Part shown: piece by piece, positions 53,580 to 64,000 of the stretch
Position numbering within the stretch: position 1 is the first letter of the stretch
How the letters are laid out: each line of letters begins with the position of its first letter
Notes under the pieces: generated by a model
What the model saw: the letters and a program-made list of their open reading frames with translations, nothing else
The model's database searches: none
Told to the model about the DNA's origin: nothing
Assembly: GCA_951406725.2 (NCBI GenBank)
Contig: OX597816.1
Coordinates: 95,046,001 to 95,110,000, forward strand
Length of the DNA stretch: 64,000 nucleotides
DNA from: Octopus vulgaris
Lineage: Eukaryota
Direction of reading: 5' to 3'
Program-made: the position numbers and the translations under genes

Positions 53580-55000
53580 ATTTTGTAGCCTTAGGAAAAC
53601 AAACACGGCTCTAGCACACTAAAAACACCCAGATCAAGAAAGATTTTAAGCAGCATGACACGTCAAAATACTAGTATAACTTTCCGGAGCCCAATTGCAG
53701 TCATTAGAGGCAATTTGCTCGATTACATTCGTTCAGTGTACTTGTGGAATTATACTAGTATAAAAAGGTGCAGCCATCGTTGTCAGCATCGCTTGTTATG
53801 TGGCTAACCTATTTATGGTATGGTGGGATAGGATACGCAAAGAGAAATTAGCAGAGAACTCCATAAACCTAACCATGTACTCCCGCTATGTGGATGATAT
53901 CAACATAGTCGCCAAAGCACCCCTACAAGACAATGTTGATGATCTAGAAGCTAACACTATGGAGAACATCCAGCAAATAGCTAACTCCATCCACCAAAGT
54001 ATTAAAGTAACGACAGACTACTCTAACAAGCATCCGAACTATAGGTTATCTGTTTTAGACACGAAACTCTGGCTAGAAACTAAGAACAAAAAGGTCCAGA
54101 TCCTTCACTCGCATTATGCCAAACCCATGGCTTCTAAGTACCTTGTACACAAGAACACAGCTATTGCGAATAACGCCAAGTTCAACATTCTTATAGCTGA
54201 TTTGGTGAGAGTGATAAGGAATGTGTCTCGCATGTGCGACTCTATGGAATTGGAAAGACACATACAATACTTCATCCACCGCATGCAGTTCTCTGGCTAC
54301 GACCAAAGGGAAAAGATTAGTGTGTACAAAGGAGCCAGGACTAAGTACAAAGCCATCATAGAGAGCGACGCTAAGGGATCTTCCCACTATACAGGAGTAA
54401 ATCATGGGACAGCTCAGAAAGGCCCAGAAATAAGATAGATAAGGCCAACTCGTGGTATGACAACAAAAAATGCCAGAGTGTCATGTTCGTTGATGATACC
54501 CCTGGCGGCAAGCTAGCAAACCATTTTAGAAAAACATTAAGTAAGGTTAATCTACGGGTTAAAGTAGTAGAAAGGCCTGGTACTCCTATAAAATCCCTGA
54601 TCTGTAGAACTTATCCCTTTGGTAAGTCCCCATATACGAAGAACAATTGTATTGTATGTATGATGAACCCACGGGTTAACTGTAAGGTTAGGTATATATT
54701 GTAAAGCTCACGATGTACTGAGGGACAGTGCAGAAACATGACAACTATTTACATTGCAGAGACTGCATGTAGATAAGGGGAGCGTATTGGTGAATACTGG
54801 CGCGAGCTCAAAGAAGAGAAACACTCGTTAGTGCTCTACCAACATGCGCAAGCAGAACATATAGGCTCGATTAATAGCATAGGGATTAGGGTATTATCGA
54901 CGCATAAAACTGACACGACACTTAGATAGATCATAGAGGCTACACACATACCAATAAACTGACCAAGCCTCAATAGGACGCACGATTGGAACAATAATAC
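53580..55000 (+). mobile_element. Decayed Penelope-like element, Nematis-like
   Basis: VANLFM, YSRYVDD, VLDTKLW, HYAKPMAS, RMQFSGY (53800-54438); MFVDDTPGG, VVERPG, CIVC..C, YIAET, LYQH, LNR (GIY-YIG). Clade from motif recall. Confidence 0.82.
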
Positions 55001-55566
55001 CCACCACCACACTACACAACAAGACGACTAAAGACAGAAGGGAGGAGATGAGAGAGGGAAAAAATCAAACACAGATACAAACAGGGTAATACACACAATA
55101 GATACATATGCACATACCTGTGATAAATATAAGAAATAGAGATAAATAAATAAGAAAATAAATATATTTATCACATACCTGTGGTAAATATGAGAAATAG
55201 AGATAGATAAAAATAAATAAATAAATAAAAAATCTATATAAAGGGCACAGATACAAACAATATAGGAAGAGAAATCATATACACACACAAACACACATAC
55301 AGTAACTTCACAGATGGCCGCAACAGTATGAACAACACGACTAACAACGACAACAGCAACAGCAGTGACAACGATGACAACAACAACTACCACGATGGCA
55401 GCAGCGTGGGCGAACACACATACAAATGCAAAGGGATAGAGGAACTGTACCAAATTTCGGGTCCTAGGACAGCAGCAGCGACAACGGGGGAGGGAATGGG
55501 GCTGAGGGGAGGGTCATAGTGCTAAGAACAATGATACACACACACACATACATGGACGGACGCAAA

Positions 55567-56164
55567 CGCAACTGGTACTTAATTTATCGACCCCGAAAGG
55601 ATAAAAGGCGAATTTGAACTCAGAACGCGAAGACAGGCGAAATACCTATTTCTTTACTACCCACAAGGGGATAAACACAGAGGGGACAAACAACGACAGA
55701 CAAACGGATTAAGTCGATTATATCGACCCCAGTGCGTAACTGGTACTTATTTAATCGACTCCGAAAGGATGAAAGGCAAAGTCGACCTTGGCGGAATTTG
55801 AACTCAGAACGTAACGGCAGACGAAATACCTATTTCTTTACTACCCACAAGGGGCTAAACACAGAGAGGACAAACAAGGACAGACAAACGGACTAAGTCG
55901 ATTATATCGACCCAGTGCGTAACTGGTACTTAATTTATCGACCCCGAAAGGATGAAAGGCAAAGTCAACCTTGGCGGAATTTGAACTCAGAACGTAACGG
56001 CAGACGAAATACCTATTTCTTTACTACCTACAAGGGGCTAAACACTGAGAGGACAAACGGATTAAGTCGATTACATCGACATCAGTGCATAACTGGTACT
56101 TATTTAATCGTCTCCGAAAGGATGAAAGGCAAAGTCGACCTCGGCGTAATTTGAACTCAGAACG
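55567..56164 (-). repeat. Head-to-tail array of ~3.5 headless family B SINE units
   Basis: ACTGGTACT recurs at 55571, 55739, 55922 and 56092 (periods 168, 183, 170 bp). Confidence 0.9.
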
Positions 56165-56336
56165 GGCATTGTGCCTAGTATAGAAAAGAATAAATTATGT
56201 ACATAAATATAAAGCAGACTTCTTCCGACCATTGTTACAGGGTTTTTCAAATAGAAAAAAACTCACGAACAAGTTTCGGTCAGTATAAGTCGCATAAGTT
56301 AAAAATAAAACGCAATTGTATTTAGATTTGATTATT

Positions 56337-56523
56337 TTCTCTTGAGTTCACACGCTTGAGCCTGTTTTAAGATTTCTTCCTTTCAAGTTCGATAAGATAA
56401 GTAACAGACATATTTAATTTACAAAACTTCTCTTGAGTTCACTCGCTTGAGCCTGTTTTGAGATTTCTTCCTTTCAAGTTCGATAAGATAAGTAACAGAC
56501 ATATTTAATTTACAAAACTTCTC
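56337..56523. repeat. 91-bp direct tandem duplication
   Basis: Two near-identical units bounded by TTCTC microhomology. Confidence 0.9.
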
Positions 56524-57737
56524 AACTACAAATTTATGACTTCATGTCAAAAGTATGAAATTACTGTAGTATCACTCAGACTTGGGTATTTATATTCGTT
56601 GATACAGTTCTATATTTTAGAGATGATATCACATTCGTTGATATCACATTCATAGATTTGGCAACTTTGTTGTTATTTAGCCCACATTGTGTAGGTGTAT
56701 GTTCAGAGACGTTCCGGATATGATTATTCTATATTCTCCCCGAAGACACAGACTACTCAGGGTCACACTGTCCAACATCTTTTCTCAGACGTTAGACTGT
56801 GATTTGAGTGAAACTTGACTGCTGTTTTTAACACCCTGAGTGACCACGTAAAGGTTTCCTTACGTAATCGATTACTTCCTTTTTGTTCCTCATTCAATTT
56901 AGGGGTTTACAACGTTAAAGCAGCAAACTGTTTTGTGTAGTTTAGTAAGGAGACCTTCTTTTGGATGAGTCCTAGGATATATTAGTGTGTAGCACTAGGA
57001 TATATTAGTGTGTCATTTTAGGTGTGAGGGAAGAATTCCTAGTTTAGTAAGATTATGCTTATGACCTTCTCTGGTCATTCGAGACTGAATGGGATTTTAG
57101 GATAGATACAGATTATGCTCAATCCCAACATCTACAAAATGACATCTGCAGGAAAAATGTGATTTGGTTAAGAAAGAAATTCTGGAAGATTGTCATCTTA
57201 AAGGTGGAAAACTTGCATAATGGTTAGTATGAGTTTGGGCGGTAAGACAACAGTATGGGTTACAAAAGGAGGAGATACGGGTGTATTGGGTGAAAAATGA
57301 TTGGTGGTGGTTGTATGTAAAACGAGCCAGTTCCAAAAAGCAGACATCATTGAAGTTGCAGACAAAGAAGCAGAGTGAGAAGACAGCGTGTCAGTGGGAA
57401 AGTAATTGATGCATTGTTCGTAAGTTTTTGACTATCAATTGGAGGGCTCAGTTTTTTGGATGTGCTCTAGGACAGCGGCTGTCAATCTGATAATGCAAGG
57501 TCTCACCAAAGAAAATTATTGAAATTTTTTGCCTTGCACTTTTTATTAATGAGAATACCTAATGGTATTTGCATTCACATAATTCTTCTTTCTTCACCAA
57601 GGTGCTGGACAATGTTTAAAAGTTTAACACCATTTAAATTTTAATAGATTAAAATGAATTTAAACTTTGCTCGTCGTCTTTTCAATCTTTAGACGCCCCC
57701 ATTTATGAAAAATACTGCCGTAGAATGTTTTTGAGAG

Positions 57738-57935
57738 TAGCAGAATCGTTAGCATGCCAAGCAAAATGCTTAGCGTCATTTCGTCCGTCTTTAATATTTT
57801 GAGTTCAAATCCCGCCGAGGTCGTCTTTGCTTTTTATCCTTTCGGAGTCGATAAAATAAGTATCAGTCAGGCACTGAGATCGACTTACCTCCCCGTTCGA
57901 AATTCCTGGTCTTGTGTCAAAATTTGAAGCCAGTA
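57738..57935 (+). mobile_element. Family B SINE, CpG-rich
   Basis: GAGTTCAAATCCCGCCGAGGTCG..ATCCTTTCGGAGTCGATAAAATAAGTATCAG. Confidence 0.8.
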
Positions 57936-59447
57936 TTGTTTATCTTTTGTCGGTAAACATAGGCAACAATTCTTGCTATGTTCCTGGTTTATTCTGATCT
58001 CTTCAGGACAAGATGGTTTTCACCGTATTTGCTGAAGTTGAAATAAATGAATCACAGAATAAATATGAACGACTGTACTTTTAATAGATCAGGGAAATAG
58101 AAGTGGTGAAAGATTGACACAAGAGTTGTTTAAATATTTTACTTCTGTGATATACTGTTATGTTTAACTGGTGCGATTTACTTTTCTGATCCACGCTGCT
58201 GTGTGTGATAAACTGCCAACGAGAAAGCCTGGCCGTGGTCGCTTAATCTGATAGAAAAATAAGGAAGAAACCACATCCTTATATCACATACTACTGTCTT
58301 CAGAAAAGGGCACGTTAGACATTCTCGACATACAAAGAAAGACAAGTTGGTCACAACTTGAACTCTTTTGATCATAGATCATTCAACAACACCAATAACA
58401 GTTGCTGCTGTTACTGTTTTTGTTGTTTCTGTTGTTGTTGTTATTAAGCAACAAGACGGGTAAGGGTGATTAGGTGATGGTCTAGGGCTTAGGGGCGGGA
58501 GACCCCATACCTTGGAGAAAAAAAACTTTGGTCGTCTTGTTGTCGTCGAGGGCTCTTCGTTGACGCCCTTCACCACTGGGAGGTGGCCCTCGAAGTCGCT
58601 GGAAATGGAGATCTCCAGGTCCAAATTCTTGAACGGATGTTGTTGCTGCTGTGTTCAACTAGAGTGAGTATTCTCTTGTTACCTTCTGCGCTGATCTACT
58701 CTTGCTTTTTACAGTTGTAATCTAATACTGTAGTCTCTTGCTTTGTTCCATAGTTGTTTTCACTAATTGTATTCTGCAGATCAGTTTTAATTTTCTATTC
58801 CGCTGCTTGCTGTCCGGCTGTTGTGCTCCGCTTCTGAGACTGAAGTTTATGCTGCCGAATATACTCGAATATCTCAAAGACAAACTCCGGTTATTCAAGA
58901 CAGAGATGTCCAGCTATTTTATTTTTACACTTCGTATAAATAAGGAAAAGTATTTGATTAATTCCAAAAAAATTCTTATAAGCATCAGATTTGGATTAGA
59001 GCATTTGGAGAGAAACTGGATTTATTTTATTGCGACTGCAATCAACCCTTTTGAAATAAACATTGAAGCAATAACTGTTATAATCTAAGAGACTTTCCAA
59101 ACAGTAACAGTGAAAAAAAATATTGCTGAAAATGTTCTTTGTATAGAGAACATTTCAGATTCTATATTCTAAACGGGATTTGCTATTTCCATTTGTATTT
59201 TAATTTCAAACACTCCATGTGTCATTACTTTTCAGCAAAAATCTATTTAAAATCTAAAGAAATAATAATAGTAAAACAAATCAGAAACTGGTTATTCATA
59301 AAACAACAAAGAAAAAAAACAAAATACAAAACAAAAGCAAAAATCAACATTTTTTCTCTATATAAGGAAACAATAAAGCACAAATTAGAAGCTGATTACG
59401 CTGAAGGAAAAGCTTTAGTTAAGGGAGGAAAAAAATCGAGGTAAGTG

Positions 59448-59489
<42 letters not shown>

Positions 59490-59709
59490 GGGAGGGAGAG
59501 CATTCCATTCGTTGTAAGTATCGACAAAAAAGAAATAAGTCAGAGAGACAGCTAACAATGGCTCATAGCCTTTAGACAAAAGCTGAATCAAAAAATCTAA
59601 TATTAGTCTCACACAAGATCACTTGCAAGTTACTAAATACTAAATACCATATATATATATATATATATATATGTACTAAATACTAAATACTATATATATA
59701 TATATATAA

Positions 59710-61723
59710 TTTGAAAGCAGTGAAAAGTCCCGCCTGAAAATAAAACTGTTGGAAACTGAAAAATGTCTGCAACTCTCCCATGAAAAAGAAAGAGCTATAG
59801 ACAGCATAAAATCTAACCCCAGAGCTTTCTACACGTATGCCAAAGAAACAGCTACGGTGCACTGTAGGATAGGGCCACTCCTTGAAAAGGATGGCACACT
59901 CACAGGAAATCCAATGAGGATAAGTGAAACACTAAATGAGCAATTCAAGAGTATTTTCATTCCACCCCTAGGGCATTTTCAAGTCAGCAATCCAATACCA
60001 CTGCAGATATAAAATCAGAGGCAGCGATGATTGATTACATCAGTATAAAGGAAGACAATGTAATAAAGGCTATAGATGAATTGTAAACAAACTCTGCTAC
60101 TGGCACCGATGGATTCCCAGCAATCCTTCTAAAAGTATGAAAGAGAGTCCTAGCAAGACCACTGCAGTTCCTTCTTTCAGAGCTTCCTTGCAACTGGAAA
60201 GCTTCCAAGAAAATTGAAGGAAGGTAAAATATGCCCTATTCATAAAAGAGGTAGCAGAGCGGAGGCCAAGAACTACAGACCTATCTCTCTGACCTCACAC
60301 ATCAGCAAGGTCATGGAACGAATAGTCAGAAGGAAACTAATCACCTTCCTTGAAGAAAATGACTTGCAGCCTGACACCCAACATGGTTTCCGACCAGGAA
60401 GAAGCTGCTTAACTCAGCTCTTACAACACTATGACTGGGTGCTGAAACGACTGCTCAACCACTCAAATGTGGAAGTCATATATCTCAACTTTGCAAAGGC
60501 CTTTGATAAAGTCGATCATGGAATGATATGTCACAAACTGCGTGATCTTGGCATAGTTGGAAAATTGGGAGAATGGCTTCATGACTTTCTGAAGGATAGA
60601 AGTCAGGTGGTAGTAGCAAATAGTGAGCGGTGTTCCGCAAGGCACTGTTTTGGGACCACTACTGTTCATAATGGCCCTCTCAGACATGTCCTCAGCCATG
60701 CAGAGAGCCACGATCACAAGTTATGCAGATGATACAAAAGTTTCACAGGCAATACAGAACCCTGAAGATACTAAGCACCTGCAATGTGAGCTGGACGAAA
60801 TATACAAGTGGGCTGAAAAGAATAGCATGCAGTTCAATGCTGAAAAGTTTCAAGCTTTATGCTATCAGCATGCAAAACTAAATGCAATACCCAATAAATA
60901 CACTGGACCTGGAGGGATTGCAATCCCAGAGGCACAATCAGTGCGAGACCTGGGTATTTACATGAGTGATGATGCAACCTTTCATGTGCATGTTGCTAAA
61001 TTGGCAATGAAATGTAGGCGGCTGACCGGATGGATTCTTAGAACCTTTAGAACAAGAGACCAGGAAACCATGATGGTCCTCTGGAGGACACTTGTCCTAA
61101 GCCACTTTGACTATTGCTCTCAGCTATGGTCACCATCCAGTGTCAAGTTAATCACAGAACTTGAGGCGATCCAACGAAGCTACACGAAGAAGATAGCCTC
61201 TGTGCAGCATATAAGCTACTGGGAAAGACTCAAGAGATTAAGACTCTATTCCTTAGAGCGTAGGCGAGTAAGATATGCCATAATATACATCTGGAAGATC
61301 CTAGAAGGACTTGTCCCAAACTTTGGCATGAACAAATGCTAGAACTGGGCGCCACAGCATAGTACCAAGGACTCCAAATTTGCCATCAAGATGTAGGACA
61401 AGATACTGTGATAGCCTGGGCTTCAGAGGCCCACAGCTCTTCAATATCCTCCCGCAGAACCTGAGAGACCTGCATGGGGTGGATGCAGATGTCTTTAAAA
61501 TAAAACTGGATCTCTTCCTGTCAGGTGTCCCAGATGAACCAACTTCACGGCAGGAGGGGCAGATGAGGGCAGCTGCATCGAACTCTCTCATGCACCAAAT
61601 GGCAATTGCTAAAAAGCATTCGTGAAGTAAAATCATGTAGCAACACCAAATGGCGGTGCCCCAGCATGGCCACAGCTCGTGAGCTGAAACTAGATAAATA
61701 AAATAAAATAAAATAAAATAAAA
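59710..61723 (+). mobile_element. 5'-truncated CR1-type LINE (RT pseudogene)
   Basis: NYRPISLTSHISKVME, QHGFRPGRSCLTQLL, YLNFAKAFDKVDH, SGVPQGTVLGPLLF, YADDTK, VRDLGI, LYSLERRR; 3' hairpin and (TAAAA)n tail; frameshifts. Confidence 0.92.
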
Positions 61724-61868
61724 TGTATAGTTGTAAATTGTAAAACACAACTGTCATCATTACTACATGAACCTGAAGATTACATAGTTTAATGCATAAA
61801 AGTACTAGTTCAACCAGAATGGACATTTAATATTCTATCGTTTCATTATCTTATATTATTTTATTATA

Positions 61869-62410
61869 CAGGGTCAAGCAAAATGATCTGACACATCTGT
61901 AGGTTAAATAAAAGGCAAATGAAGTAAAGAAACAAAAAAGTGTTTTTATTTTTGAAAAGTACATATAATGCCATTTTGTTTCATTATGTTTTAAAAATTA
62001 AATCAGTCAAATGGGATCCATTATTGTCCACACACTGTCGAAGGCGTTCACGAAAGTTGTCAATAACTCGGCGGGTCATTTCATGTGGAATGGCAGTAAT
62101 TTCTTGACGAATTGCATCTTAAAGTTGGTTGGCCGGTTGATTTTCGTTTCAATGCAGATCCAGTAGCTCTGAAGTTGGTAACCCATAACAAGATCGTGCT
62201 TCGAGCTGGTACGGGATCATGTCTACCAAGATTGAAATGCAAACGGAACGCTCTTTGTGTTGCAGTTACAGAATCGTTTGTTTTGATAAACGTTTCCACA
62301 ATGAAAGCGCGATGCTCACCAGTCCAATTCATGGCAGCAACTGAAAAAGAAACGAAAAACAATGCTTTTATTTAACCTACAAATGTGTCAGATCATTTTG
62401 CCTGACCCTG
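61869..62410 (-). mobile_element. Tc1/mariner internal-deletion derivative
   Basis: ~45-bp TIRs (CAGGGTCAAGCAAAATGATCTGACACAT..) with TA at both ends; N-terminal HTH MNWTGEHRAFIVETF..WVTNFRATGS joined to C-terminus DAIRQEITAIP..NFRERLRQCVDNNGSHL; catalytic domain absent. Confidence 0.9.
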
Positions 62411-62484
62411 TATGATTGTAAATAAAACGCGTTGGAATTTCCTTGAGTAATATACTCTTCTATACACAATCATGCACACCCGTG

Positions 62485-62598
<114 letters not shown>

Positions 62599-62601
62599 CT
62601 A

Positions 62602-63292
62602 AATTGTAATTAAGGGCGTAGAAAAAATTCTTGCCTATATGCTGAAAGGAGACGCTAAACACCGTCGAACCACATTAAATTTCAGCATATAGACAAGAAT
62701 TTTTTCTGTGCCTTTAATTATAATTGTATTTATGATTTCACCTTAATAGGTCTATCTTTTTATATGCTGGCCGCAGATAAAATTTTGAACAATTTTATCC
62801 TTTCATGTTATAATTGAATTAATTCCCATTCACTTCGGGACAGTCTAGTCACTTATGTGCTATTCTTGACCGGTTACACACGTGTCTAGGCTTGCTATGG
62901 AATTCAATATAGATATATTTGGGGTAATTATATGCATTTATGACATTATGTCTGCTTTTCTGTGGGTATGTATAAATATTTCATATATCTCCCTAGTATT
63001 CTCTGCTGACGAAGAGAAAACCTTTGGGTTAATCCAGAAATTGGCCGTTCCAGAGATGACTCAATTTCATGAATTTCCGTTAGCTTACTCCTTCGAGTTT
63101 TGACACGTGTGTAATAATAATAGTGATGGTATTTAATGGGGTTCGACGATTTAGCGTCTCCTTTCAGCATATAGGCAAGGATTTTTTCTATGCTCTTAAT
63201 TATAATTGTATTTCTTATTTCATCTTAATAGGTTTATCTTTTTATGTACTGGCCACTGATAAAATTTTTAACAATTTTATCCTTTTATATTA
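62602..63292 (+). mobile_element. Non-coding partial-tandem element (482-bp period) with an inverted 5' segment and a hammerhead-like motif; Penelope-type architecture
   Basis: 62680-62811 repeats at 63162-63292; 62602-62680 is the reverse complement of 63131-63207; hammerhead-like motif at 63000-63056. Confidence 0.65.
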
Positions 63293-63330
63293 TATTATAT
63301 TATATTATATTATATTATATTATATTATAT

Positions 63331-63375
<45 letters not shown>

Positions 63376-63379
<4 letters not shown>

Positions 63380-63537
63380 GAGTTTACAAAAACAAAAAAC
63401 AAAAAACGAAAACGGGTGTAGGAACAACAGACAGATGTATTAGTTTAACGCTTGGGAAGTGAGAAAGCCTTTTACGTTTTGAGCCTACGCTCTTCGACAG
63501 AAAGGAACACAGAAATAAGCAGGGAGAGAAAATAGAA
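63376..63537 (-). mobile_element. Solo pLTR-like fragment related to 36430-36606, in (TA)n, with hammerhead motif at 63468-63505
   Basis: Minus strand CCTTT-CTGTCGA-A-GAGC GTAG GCTC-AAAAC-GTA-AAAGG. Confidence 0.72.
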
Positions 63538-63735
63538 TATATATATATATATATATATATATTTACAATTGAGGATAAAATCTTTATAAGAAATTATCAG
63601 TAGTTAGTGTGAAAAACCTCGTAAGAGAAAAAAATACGTAAATTTTTCCACTTTGAAAATATTTATTTATATTATATTATATTATATTATACCTCTTAGC
63701 GTGTGGTATCTACGAATAGTAGTACCCTCAATATA

Positions 63736-63780
<45 letters not shown>

Positions 63781-64000
63781 CCTGTCTTCATCTTTTGTTT
63801 TTCTGTAAATTTCAACTATACATCTATAAATTTTATAGAATATTTAATAGAAGAACGCTTAAGATCAGCTATTCTTGTTGCAAAATCTTCGCCCCTTTCA
63901 TTAACCAACACAACAATAAGATAATTGCCGATTCTTTTCCTAAGAACTGCAATTGTAAAGATGGGACCTCCTGTCTGTTGGAAGGAAAATGCCTGGAGAA

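Noticed and set aside
58480-58900. Second Tx1 ORF1-like fragment
   Set aside because: Only a faint RRPK..F..G resemblance; Cys/His ligands absent.

Overview
AT-rich eukaryotic (metazoan) genomic DNA dominated by microsatellites and transposon debris. The SINE/LINE repertoire looks like an octopus (coleoid cephalopod) genome; this is recognition from memory, not a database result. No intact protein-coding gene, rRNA, tRNA or CRISPR array can be supported, and most ORFs in the track are translated microsatellites. Recognisable elements: an RTE LINE with a PHD finger inside its RT; a CR1-type LINE; an L1/Tx1-like fragment; six R4/Dong-like fragments (RLE or RT), three stacked in (TAA)n repeats; two Penelope-like elements (Naiad-like and Nematis-like); a Tc1 DD34E copy; two mariner deletion derivatives; a non-autonomous Helitron; two TTAA MITEs; and many copies of three tRNA-derived SINE families plus a repeat sharing the RTE 3' end. 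Most interesting: (1) a textbook recursive-splice (ratchet) site on the minus strand at 15,979/15,978; (2) three families of hammerhead-ribozyme motifs, including a variant core with a compensatory stem-I change and a 482-bp tandem, retrozyme-like unit; (3) a CpG-decay boundary at about 36-39 kb suggesting a methylated gene body on the left; (4) a near-perfect 76-nt hairpin; (5) LINE/SINE 3' partners with covarying hairpins. Repeat boundaries were read by eye and are approximate (tens of bp).
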